NCBI GenBank assembly: GCA_964549685.1
Contig: CAZJVE010000003.1
Span: forward strand, 17,706 to 81,705
DNA from: an uncultured archaeon
GTDB taxonomy: Archaea > Altiarchaeota > Altiarchaeia > IMC4 > QMZM01
DNA: 64,000 nucleotides
Direction: 5' to 3'
Shown: positions 1-7,171 of the stretch, piece after piece
Position numbering within the stretch: the stretch's first letter is position 1
How the letters are laid out: each line of letters opens with the position of its first letter
The notes under the pieces: generated by a model
Seen by the model: the letters and a program-made list of their open reading frames with translations, nothing else
Databases searched by the model: none
Told to the model about the DNA's origin: nothing
Program-made: the position numbers and the translations under genes

Positions 1-23
1 ATAAAAGTGAAATGAGTTTCATT

Positions 24-830
24 CTAAAAACCAACCTGACAGGATTCCTCGTAGTCGATTAATTCCTTGATGGTTGGATTTTCTCCGCAGACAGGGCAGT
101 TTGGGTCTCTTTGGGTTCTGACCTCCCGAAAGCTCATCTCCAGAGCGTTATAAAGCAGGAGCCTATTTTTCAATAGGTCTCCTACACCGAGGATGTACTT
201 GAGCGCTTCTGTCGCCTGTATCAAGCCGACAACCCCCGGCAGGACGCCAAGGACTCCGGCTTCCTGACAGCTGGGAACCATTCCAGGAGGAGGCGGTTCC
301 GGGAAGAGGCACCTGTAGCATGCTCCTTCCTTTGGAATTATTGTGGTTGCCTGTCCCTCAAACCTGAACACGGAGCCATGAACCAGGGCCTTTCCTGCCA
401 AAACTGCGGCATCATTAACCAGGTAGCGTGTCGGAAAATTATCGCAACCGTCTACGATTACGTCATAGTCCTTTACTATATCAAGTATATTCTCGGATGT
501 CAGCCTCTCCTGATGCAGAATTACCTCTGTATCTGGATTAAGCAGCTCGATTTTTTCTTTTGCCGATATGGTCTTCTCCCCGTCAAGGTCCTTTACTGTG
601 TGGAGAATCTGCCTCTGGAGATTGCTAAGCTCTACCGTGTCAGAATCGACTATACCCAGCTTCCCTACCCCGGCAGCCGCGAGGTATATTGTTGAGGGGC
701 ATCCAAGCCCTCCCGCACCTATGGCAAGCACCCTGGCTTCGTTTATCTTCTTCTGTCCCTTCCCACCAACCTCTGGCAAGATTATATGCCTGCTATATCT
801 CTTTATCTGCTCCTCAGTAAATTCAACCAT
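24..830 (-). CDS. E1-like adenylyltransferase, ThiF/MoeB/UbaA family
   Basis: ORF 24..845. Motifs 'SRHIILPEVG' and 'LAIGAGGLGCP' (Rossmann fold), plus two CxxC pairs (CYRC, CPVC) as in the MoeB/ThiF zinc site. The track start at 845 is TTG. The first ATG (MVEFTEEQ) is at 830, 21 nt after the stop of the upstream GG protein. Confidence 0.9.
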   Translation of the reverse strand: MVEFTEEQIKRYSRHIILPEVGGKGQKKINEARVLAIGAGGLGCPSTIYLAAAGVGKLGIVDSDTVELSNLQRQILHTVKDLDGEKTISAKEKIELLNPDTEVILHQERLTSENILDIVKDYDVIVDGCDNFPTRYLVNDAAVLAGKALVHGSVFRFEGQATTIIPKEGACYRCLFPEPPPPGMVPSCQEAGVLGVLPGVVGLIQATEALKYILGVGDLLKNRLLLYNALEMSFREVRTQRDPNCPVCGENPTIKELIDYEESCQVGF

Positions 831-851
831 TTTGGGGATTCTCAACCAGTT

Positions 852-1127
852 TTAACCTCCTGCGATAGCAGGTACAATCGATACCTCACTGTCTTCATTC
901 ACCGAAGTATCAAGGCCTTCAGAGAACCTTATGTCTTCCCCGGCTACATAGATATTCACAAACCTTCTCACTTTTCCATCCTCATCGAGAAGCTTTTCCT
1001 TGATTCCAGCATATTGTTTATTCAGATTCTCTACCAGTTCCCTTACATTGCCGCCCTCAGAGTTCACCTCAAGTTCCCCCCCAGTCAGCTTGGTAAGGGG
1101 TGTCGGTATTCTAACTTTTATTGACAT
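852..1127 (-). CDS. MoaD/ThiS-family ubiquitin-like sulfur-carrier protein (SAMP-like), C-terminal Gly-Gly
   Basis: The translation ends '...VSIVPAIAGG' followed by the stop. Size is about 91 aa. An ATG at 1127 (MSIKVRIP) is preceded by GGAGGTGA. Lies immediately upstream of the E1-like gene. Confidence 0.85.
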   Translation of the reverse strand: MSIKVRIPTPLTKLTGGELEVNSEGGNVRELVENLNKQYAGIKEKLLDEDGKVRRFVNIYVAGEDIRFSEGLDTSVNEDSEVSIVPAIAGG

Positions 1128-1144
1128 GTTGTCACCTCCAATGA

Positions 1145-1158
1145 TTAACAATTGTTAA
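1145..1158. promoter_or_regulatory. Palindrome TTAACAATTGTTAA in the 5' leader of the GG-protein gene
   Basis: Perfect 14-nt palindrome between the predicted TATA box and the SD/ATG. A near-identical copy lies at 3242-3255. Confidence 0.5.
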
Positions 1159-1204
1159 TATATTAATGATAGTGATATTTGTATATAAATATTAATATGG
1201 TAAA

Positions 1205-1224
1205 AATATGCTAATATGCATAAT
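1205..1224. promoter_or_regulatory. Operator-like palindrome AATATGC-N6-GCATAAT upstream of the GG-protein/E1 operon
   Basis: One mismatch to ATTATGC-N6-GCATAAT. On the gene strand it lies 8-9 nt upstream of ATTAATATTTATATA (BRE/TATA). Confidence 0.65.
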
Positions 1225-1244
1225 TAATCCACTAAGGGCGTAAA

Positions 1245-1318
1245 AGCAGGGAGGGGGATTTGAACCCCCGATCGTCGGTCTGCAACCGACTGCCTTAACC
1301 GGGCTTGGCCACCCCTGC
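1245..1318 (-). tRNA. tRNA-Cys (GCA)
   Basis: The reverse complement folds as a cloverleaf: acceptor GCAGGGG/TCCCTGC, anticodon stem GTCGG/CCGAC with loop TTGCAGA (anticodon GCA), T arm GGGGG-TTCAAAT-CCCCC, discriminator U. 74 nt, no encoded CCA. Confidence 0.9.
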
Positions 1319-1399
1319 ACCGGGTTAAATGCTGTTGGGATATCAAAACGTATAAGGGTAAAAACAAGGGTAAATGTAATCACTGCCGTACGTTGGCAG

Positions 1400-1918
1400 C
1401 TATTGCTCTATTTTACACCAGTTCTTGTTGAATATTTCGCTGAAGGACAGGCCCTTCTGCTTTAGTCTCACATACTCCTCTAACTCTCTGATGAATCTTG
1501 TGGCCCATTTCTCAATCTCGGCCTTTACGTTCTCGTCGAGGTTGCTTCCCCGTCCGTATCCCGGGCATCCCCCGATTGCTTTCAATCTCAGTATGATTTC
1601 ATCCCCGTATGCTATGCCATTGAATTTGAACGGGAGCATCCTGCAGAACAGCGGCTGCTTGTCGATTTTATGCAGCTCGCAGGAATAATCGTCGTTCAGG
1701 AAGTGGCACTTTCCGTCATGCTCCCGGGTTTTGAGTCTGAACAACCCCGGCTTGTCCTCGCTGGAATGGATGAATTCCTCCGGCTTAAGCTTTGTGGCAT
1801 CGGAAATTCTCTTTATGCTGCCTATCGTTATCAGCGGCGGTTCGCAGCAAAATGCCTTGCATTCCTTGTATGCGCATTCCCACCTCTCTATTCCGTCTTT
1901 GGATATTATTTCAATCAT
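1400..1918 (-). CDS. YkgJ/UPF0153-type cysteine-cluster (Fe-S or Zn) protein
   Basis: N-terminal 'CAYKECKAFCC' (CxxxxCxxxCC) plus further conserved Cys (CHF, CELH, FCRMLP, GGCPGYG). Its ATG overlaps the stop of the upstream ThrC-like gene (ATGA). Confidence 0.6.
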   Translation of the reverse strand: MIEIISKDGIERWECAYKECKAFCCEPPLITIGSIKRISDATKLKPEEFIHSSEDKPGLFRLKTREHDGKCHFLNDDYSCELHKIDKQPLFCRMLPFKFNGIAYGDEIILRLKAIGGCPGYGRGSNLDENVKAEIEKWATRFIRELEEYVRLKQKGLSFSEIFNKNWCKIEQ

Positions 1919-3240
1919 TTTACCTCGTCCAGGAGTTGTTTAGCCTCGCTCTCGAATCCAAATTTTTTGCCGTATTCGAGTAAGTCGTCCTCTATCCTTC
2001 CATTCCCCGAACCGGTGATGTTTGCAACCACGACGCTGCCCTCTTTTAGGTCTCCCTGCCGCACCCCCTTTACAATACCGGCCAGGGTTACCCCGCCAAC
2101 GAATTGTGAAAATATTCCCTCCTTGAAATAGAGGTCAAGCGTGCTTTTGAGTATGTCTCCCTCACTGACGCCCCAGCCCCCTCCGTTGCTCTTTTTAATG
2201 ACATCTAAAGTTTGATACCCACTGCCGGGATTTCCGATGGCTATGCTCTTTGCAACGGTCTTTGGATTCTTTATTGGAACTATCTCCCCTGTTGATATTG
2301 CATCTATTATTGGAGAACAGTCCTCTGACTGGGCCCCCCACATCCTTACATCATTGTCGAACAGGCCAAGGTCTCTTAATTCCCCTATGCCCTTGTATGC
2401 GGAACAGAAGAGCGCGCCGCTTCCCAGAGGGTATACGATGTTTACAGCCCCGTCTTTTATCTGCTCCTTGAGCTGAAGCGCTATCTCTGTCCCCGAGGTT
2501 TTTGAGCCCTCCTTGTAGTATGGCCTGAAGCTGCTGTTCGGGACAAAGGATTTCTTTTTGCCGGTTTTTTTGAGTTCTTCCTCGTTTGCCTTCTCGCAAT
2601 CGTTCATGGCCTTGATGTTTGTCTCGTCATAGCTTCCATCGTACTCTATCAAATCGTTTGGATGGGGAAGGTAGTGTCGTATGGCATCCTTTTTAACCTC
2701 ACCCAGGCTTTCAGGCACATAGGCCCTGCAGGTTATGCCAGTTTCCCTTGCTAAATATGCAGTAGCTACAGCCAGGTTTCCTGTCGATGCTACATAGACA
2801 GTATTATAACCTGCTTCCAGGGCTTTGTTAAAGGCCAAAGTAACAGGCCTGTCCTTGAACGACCTTGTCGGGTTGGTTTCGGTTGAGTCTAATTTGAAGT
2901 ACAGTTCTATGCCAAGCTCGTCTCCAATCTCCTTCGACTTTACAAGCGGGGTGTATGGGGTTTCCCCGGATACAGCTACTTCATCCACTGGAAGGAGTTC
3001 CTTCAGCTTCCAGAAGTTGTCCGGTCTTTTGTTTAATTCATCCTCCGTGAGCACATCCCTTAGTGCATTGTAGTCGTACTTCACATCCAGCGGGCCCATG
3101 CAGAGGTCATAGCATATGTTCACCATGGTCGTGCCCTGCTCCTCTTTGAGCTTCTCCAGGCTGTATTTCTCGCCGCAGTTCAGGCATTCCAGATGACTTA
3201 CATAGCCAAACCCCGAGGTCGTATTATCCACGCTTTCCAT
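1915..3240 (-). CDS. Threonine-synthase-like fold-type II PLP enzyme with N-terminal zinc ribbon
   Basis: 441 aa. 'CLNCGEKY' ribbon, PLP-lysine context 'NPTRSFKDR', glycine-rich 'STGNLAVATA' and 'PLGSGAL' loops typical of ThrC and Trp-synthase-beta-like enzymes. Confidence 0.8.
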   Translation of the reverse strand: MESVDNTTSGFGYVSHLECLNCGEKYSLEKLKEEQGTTMVNICYDLCMGPLDVKYDYNALRDVLTEDELNKRPDNFWKLKELLPVDEVAVSGETPYTPLVKSKEIGDELGIELYFKLDSTETNPTRSFKDRPVTLAFNKALEAGYNTVYVASTGNLAVATAYLARETGITCRAYVPESLGEVKKDAIRHYLPHPNDLIEYDGSYDETNIKAMNDCEKANEEELKKTGKKKSFVPNSSFRPYYKEGSKTSGTEIALQLKEQIKDGAVNIVYPLGSGALFCSAYKGIGELRDLGLFDNDVRMWGAQSEDCSPIIDAISTGEIVPIKNPKTVAKSIAIGNPGSGYQTLDVIKKSNGGGWGVSEGDILKSTLDLYFKEGIFSQFVGGVTLAGIVKGVRQGDLKEGSVVVANITGSGNGRIEDDLLEYGKKFGFESEAKQLLDEVK

Positions 3241-3241
3241 G

Positions 3242-3255
3242 TTAACAATCGTTAA
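3242..3255. promoter_or_regulatory. Palindrome-like TTAACAATCGTTAA abutting the ThrC-like start codon
   Basis: TTAAC-N4-GTTAA inverted repeat directly upstream of ATG 3240. Homologous to 1145-1158. Confidence 0.5.
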
Positions 3256-3299
3256 TATTTATAATGTTGGTATTTTTATTTAAATATTAAGGGTATAGA

Positions 3300-3319
3300 A
3301 TTATGCATATCAGCATAAT
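3300..3319. promoter_or_regulatory. Operator-like perfect palindrome ATTATGC-N6-GCATAAT upstream of the ThrC-like/YkgJ operon
   Basis: On the gene strand it is followed after 9 nt by TTAATATTTAAATA (BRE/TATA), 37 nt before the ATG. Confidence 0.65.
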
Positions 3320-3327
3320 ATCATATT

Positions 3328-4134
3328 TTATACGTGTTTCCCACGCTGCCGTAGAATATCCTTCGTGTAATCCAGCCAGTGTTTCTCGGCCCTGACGAAA
3401 TTCCTCAGTATTCCAATTTTCTCAATCTCAATTTCAACGGTGTCTCGGTCGCTCAGTTTTCCAACGCATGGAACAGTCCCGGTTGCAATTAAATCCCCCG
3501 TCTCAAGCTTCATGAATCTGCTAACGAACCTTACGCATTCATCGGGAGAATATATCATATCCGAGGTTTTTGCGTCCTGTCTTAATTTCCCATTAACCCG
3601 GCAGCGTATTCTTAGGCTGTCTGGGTCCAGGTCGGTATTGACGTAAGGCCCCGTCGGGCAGAAGGTCGGGAAGCTCTTGGACGGGCTCCACTGACCCATG
3701 TCGTGCTGGATGTCTCTTGCTGTCACGTCGTTGACGATAGTATAGCCTAGGACGTGCTCCTGCGGATTTTCGATCCTATAGCCATCTTTCCCGATGATTA
3801 TTCCAAGCTCTGCCTCGTGGTCGACCCTGTCCGAGATATCCGGTAGAAGTATATTCTGATTATGTCCCAGCAACGAGCTCGGCGCCTTTAGGGCTATGGT
3901 TGGTTTTTTTGTCGCTATCTCCTTGAGTTGGATTGCATGCTTCCCGTAATTGAATCCTATGCAGGTTATTTTTCCCGGCTTTACGGGGGGTAGAAATTCT
4001 ACTTCCTCTTCCTTGTAAACTGCCCCGGTTTCCTTCCCGGGATTGAACAGATTTCCATCTATTTCCTTGATTTTACCAGGGGATGAAATCCCGATTTTTT
4101 CTAAATTCTCGACTTTGAACCTGCAGAGTTTCAC
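3328..4134 (-). CDS. Fumarylacetoacetate hydrolase (FAH) family protein
   Basis: 268 aa. 'MKLCRFKV...' N-terminus, 'DHEAELGIIIGK' and 'GDLIATGT' motifs typical of FAH/HpcE-type hydratases or decarboxylases. GTG start. Confidence 0.8.
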   Translation of the reverse strand: MKLCRFKVENLEKIGISSPGKIKEIDGNLFNPGKETGAVYKEEEVEFLPPVKPGKITCIGFNYGKHAIQLKEIATKKPTIALKAPSSLLGHNQNILLPDISDRVDHEAELGIIIGKDGYRIENPQEHVLGYTIVNDVTARDIQHDMGQWSPSKSFPTFCPTGPYVNTDLDPDSLRIRCRVNGKLRQDAKTSDMIYSPDECVRFVSRFMKLETGDLIATGTVPCVGKLSDRDTVEIEIEKIGILRNFVRAEKHWLDYTKDILRQRGKHV

Positions 4135-4193
4135 AGTCCTACCTCTTGGTTTAAGGATAGTTGATATTCTTGTTTAAATAGTATATACATAAA

Positions 4194-4213
4194 ATTATGC
4201 ACGTGCGCATAAT
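4194..4213. promoter_or_regulatory. Operator-like perfect palindrome ATTATGC-N6-GCATAAT in the divergent FAH / nadA-iscS-iscU promoter region
   Basis: Flanked on both sides by TATA-like boxes: ATTATTTATATG toward nadA after 9 nt, and TTTATGTATATA toward the FAH gene. Confidence 0.65.
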
Positions 4214-4259
4214 CATAACAATATTATTTATATGTCTCGGATGCACTATGGATAACGGG

Positions 4260-5168
4260 ATGGCTCAATCAGACATTGTGGGAAGGATCCAGAATTTGAA
4301 GAAGGATAGAAATGCGATTATCCTTGCCCATAACTATCAGCCCGGCGAGGTGCAGGACGTTGCGGATTATCTGGGGGATTCCCTGGAGCTCAGCAGGATT
4401 GCTGCAAAGAGCGAAGCCGAGGTTATTGTATTCTGTGGAGTGCATTTCATGGCTGAGACTGCTTCCATTCTATCGCCGGACAAAAAGGTTCTGTTGCCTG
4501 ACATAGACGCCAGATGCCCGATGGCCGACATGATTACCGCTGACGGCCTGAGGGAACTGAAGGCAAAACATCCCGACGCAAAGGTAGTCGGCTATGTCAA
4601 TACTACTGCAGATGTAAAGGCGGAGATGGATATCTGCTGTACATCAACCAATGCTATCAAGGTCATAAATTCTCTGGAGGGAGATGAGGTTATCTTCGTC
4701 CCAGACAAGTATCTGGCAGACTATGTCTCCAAGCACACTGACAAGAAGATTATACCATGGAACGGTTCCTGTCCAACCCATGTGAAGATAACGCCTGAAG
4801 ACATAGAGAAACAGAGGGGGCTTCATCCGGAGGCAAAGGTGATTGTGCACCCGGAATGTACGCCCGCAGTAATAGAGGTTGCTGATGAGGCCTTGTCAAC
4901 CGGCGGAATGTGTAAGTATGTGCGAGAGTCGAATGCCAGGGAATTCATCATCGGTACGGAGACCGGAATCATCCACAGACTCAAGAAGGAGAATCCGGAT
5001 AAGGAATTCTATCCTGCCTCGGAGCTGGCTGTCTGTCCGAACATGAAGAAGATAAACCTCGAGAAGGTGCTCTGGGCGCTTGAGGATATGAAACACGAGG
5101 TCAAGGTGCCTGAGGAAATCAGAATGAAGGCAAAACAAGCAGTCGACAGAATGCTTGAGATTGCATAG
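4260..5168 (+). CDS. nadA: Quinolinate synthase NadA
   Basis: 'AIILAHNYQPGEVQDVADYLGDSLELSR', 'FCGVHFMAETA', 'CPMA', 'CCTSTNA', 'HPEC'. The track start at 4197 lies inside an operator palindrome and adds a non-conserved hydrophobic leader. ATG 4260 (or 4248) sits about 25 nt downstream of a TTTATATG TATA box, which would make the transcript leaderless. Confidence 0.9.
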   Translation: MAQSDIVGRIQNLKKDRNAIILAHNYQPGEVQDVADYLGDSLELSRIAAKSEAEVIVFCGVHFMAETASILSPDKKVLLPDIDARCPMADMITADGLRELKAKHPDAKVVGYVNTTADVKAEMDICCTSTNAIKVINSLEGDEVIFVPDKYLADYVSKHTDKKIIPWNGSCPTHVKITPEDIEKQRGLHPEAKVIVHPECTPAVIEVADEALSTGGMCKYVRESNAREFIIGTETGIIHRLKKENPDKEFYPASELAVCPNMKKINLEKVLWALEDMKHEVKVPEEIRMKAKQAVDRMLEIA

Positions 5169-5169
5169 A

Positions 5170-6324
5170 ATGAAAAGAATCTATCTGGACCATGCGGCAA
5201 CCACTCCGGTGGACCCGGAGGTCAGGAAGGCGATGGAGCCCTTTCTTTCCGATAACTTCGGTAATGCCTCGTCACTGCACTCCTTTGGAAGGGAGACGAA
5301 GCAGGCGCTGGAGGAGAGCAGGGGGAAGATAGCTGAGAGGCTGGGCGCCAGCCCTGATGAGATAGTCTTCACCTCCAGAGGGACCGAATCCAATAACCTC
5401 GCGCTGAAGGGAGTCGCGTTCGCGAACAGGAAGAAGGGAAAGCACATTATAACATCAAAGATTGAGCACGACTGCGTCCTGAATTCCTGCAAGTGGCTGG
5501 AGAACGAGGGGTTCGAGGTGGAGTATCTGGATGTGGACAGGGAGGGATTTATTGACATGAGAAAGCTAGGGGATTCCATCAGAGACGATACGATTCTTGT
5601 CTCGATTATTCATGGAAATAATGAGATTGGAACAATTCAGAATCTCAAGGAAATAGGGAAAATCTGCTCGGAAAAGGACGTCTATTTCCATACCGATGCC
5701 TGTCAGAGCTTCACAAAGGTTCCACTGGACGTCGGGAAACATAATCTCGACCTTGTCACGATAAATTCCCACAAGATTTACGGGCCAAAGGGGGTAGGAG
5801 CTCTGTTTGTCAGAAAGGGCACGAGAATCATCCCGTGGCAGCACGGCGGCGGCCATGAATTCAACAAGCGCAGCGGGACGGAAAATATTCCCGCCATAGT
5901 TGGATTTGCGAAGGCGACTGATGTTACGGGGGAGAAGGAGATTCAGCACATGACCGGGTTGAGGGATAGGCTGATTGCTGAAATCCCTGGAGAATTCCCT
6001 GACTCCTGGCTGAACGGCCCCAAGGAGAATAGATTGTGCAACAATGCAAACTTCTCATTCAAGCATATTGAAGGCGAGTCCATAGTCCTACGAATGGACC
6101 AGAAGGGTATTGCGGTATCGACGGGTTCGGCCTGCTCATCCCACTCATTGGAGCCCAGTCACGTCATGATTGCAATAGGTCTCAAGCCGGAAGAAGCTCA
6201 TGGAAGCGTCAGGATTACTGTGGGTAAGGAGAATACAATGGAGGAAATAGAGTTTGCGATAGAATCTCTCAGGGAGGTGACTGACGGGCTCAGGAAGATG
6301 AGCCCATTCGTGAAAAATGTATAG
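5170..6324 (+). CDS. iscS: Cysteine desulfurase (NifS/IscS class)
   Basis: 'IYLDHAATTPVDPEV', 'SIIHGNNEIGTIQ', 'NSHKIYGPKG' (PLP Lys), 'STGSACSS' (active-site Cys loop). ATG at 5170, 2 nt after the nadA stop. The track start at 5155 is TTG. Confidence 0.92.
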   Translation: MKRIYLDHAATTPVDPEVRKAMEPFLSDNFGNASSLHSFGRETKQALEESRGKIAERLGASPDEIVFTSRGTESNNLALKGVAFANRKKGKHIITSKIEHDCVLNSCKWLENEGFEVEYLDVDREGFIDMRKLGDSIRDDTILVSIIHGNNEIGTIQNLKEIGKICSEKDVYFHTDACQSFTKVPLDVGKHNLDLVTINSHKIYGPKGVGALFVRKGTRIIPWQHGGGHEFNKRSGTENIPAIVGFAKATDVTGEKEIQHMTGLRDRLIAEIPGEFPDSWLNGPKENRLCNNANFSFKHIEGESIVLRMDQKGIAVSTGSACSSHSLEPSHVMIAIGLKPEEAHGSVRITVGKENTMEEIEFAIESLREVTDGLRKMSPFVKNV

Positions 6325-6682
6325 CGACAAGGTCATAGACCACTTCAACAACCCCAGGAACATGGGCGAGATTCCGGACGCTGATGGGATTGGGAAGGTC
6401 GGAAACCCAGTCTGCGGAGATGTGATGTACATCTACATCAAGGTCAAGGACGACAGGATAACGGATATAAAGTTCAAGACCATGGGTTGCGCAGCAGCAA
6501 TAGCAACCAGCAGCATAATAACCGAACTTGCCAAGGGAAAGACACTGGACGAGGCGATGAAGATTACAAAAGAAAGCGTCTCCGATGCTCTGGAAGGCCT
6601 GCCTCCAATAAAGCAGCACTGCTCCAATCTTGCTGCTGACGGCCTTCATAAGGCGATTGAAAACTATATAGGGAAAAAATAA
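6317..6682 (+). CDS. iscU: Fe-S cluster scaffold IscU/NifU N-terminal type
   Basis: 'VIDHFNNPRNMG', 'GNPVCGD', 'FKTMGCAAAIATSS', 'HCSNLAADGLHKAI'. Three conserved Cys. Overlaps the desulfurase stop by 8 nt. Confidence 0.92.
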   Translation: MYSDKVIDHFNNPRNMGEIPDADGIGKVGNPVCGDVMYIYIKVKDDRITDIKFKTMGCAAAIATSSIITELAKGKTLDEAMKITKESVSDALEGLPPIKQHCSNLAADGLHKAIENYIGKK

Positions 6683-6710
6683 GGATTTATTAATCTGTTC
6701 CTATAGAATT

Positions 6711-6732
6711 CTATAATGATTTTTCATTATAG
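6711..6732 (+). terminator. AT-rich hairpin with T5 tract downstream of iscU (possible terminator)
   Basis: CTATAATGA-TTTT-TCATTATAG is a perfect 9-bp inverted repeat. A T5 run spans the loop. Located 29 nt after the iscU stop. Archaeal terminators are oligo-T based, so this call is tentative. Confidence 0.35.
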
Positions 6733-6738
6733 ACCCGT

Positions 6739-6788
6739 TAGATAGAGAATGTATGTAGATGGATTAATAGATAGAGAATGTATGTAGA
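6739..6788 (+). repeat. Perfect 21-nt tandem direct repeat TAGATAGAGAATGTATGTAGA (period 29)
   Basis: Copies at 6739-6759 and 6768-6788. The second copy contains the ATG at 6778 of the first gene of the downstream operon. The first copy has the same ATG followed by an early stop. Confidence 0.9.
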
Positions 6789-7170
6789 CTATATAAATCT
6801 TATTAACGGTAGCATACTGGTTGGCCTTATCCTCCTTGCAATGTATTTTGTAGTCATGAATATGCGCACCTTCCTTCTGCCGGAGCACGTGGGCCACGTG
6901 GTTGCTTTCGGTCCCGGTGGTGAGGCTGACAACGTTCTCGGAATCTACAAAGACTGCAACTCCTGCCAGATATCCGAGAATTCGGGCAGGCTTGCCTTCC
7001 CTATCAAGATAAAGCTGGACGATAAATCGGTAGTTGACGCGGAGATAAGTCCCTGCTCCCTCTGCATGGATAAGGTAAAGGTGGGGGACAAGGTGGGGGT
7101 AACAACGGTCGGTTCCAGGTGCATTGCACAGAAGCTTGGTAAATTCACAATCCACCATAAGTCAGACTAA
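6778..7170 (+). CDS. Small membrane-anchored Cys-rich protein (hypothetical), first gene of the 13-gene operon
   Basis: 130 aa. Hydrophobic N-terminal helix 'GSILVGLILLAMYFVVMNM', two CxxC pairs (CNSC, CSLC). No family recognised. Start uncertain because of the tandem repeat. Confidence 0.5.
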   Translation: MYVDYINLINGSILVGLILLAMYFVVMNMRTFLLPEHVGHVVAFGPGGEADNVLGIYKDCNSCQISENSGRLAFPIKIKLDDKSVVDAEISPCSLCMDKVKVGDKVGVTTVGSRCIAQKLGKFTIHHKSD

Positions 7171-7171
7171 A

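Noticed and set aside
1192-1383. 63-aa minus-strand ORF
   Set aside because: Overlaps the tRNA-Cys gene and the operator/promoter region. The translation runs through the tRNA sequence.
4197-4259. Upstream ATG start for nadA (MHVRIIITILFICLGC...)
   Set aside because: The ATG is part of the ATTATGC half-site of the operator palindrome and precedes the TATA box. The added peptide is not NadA-like.
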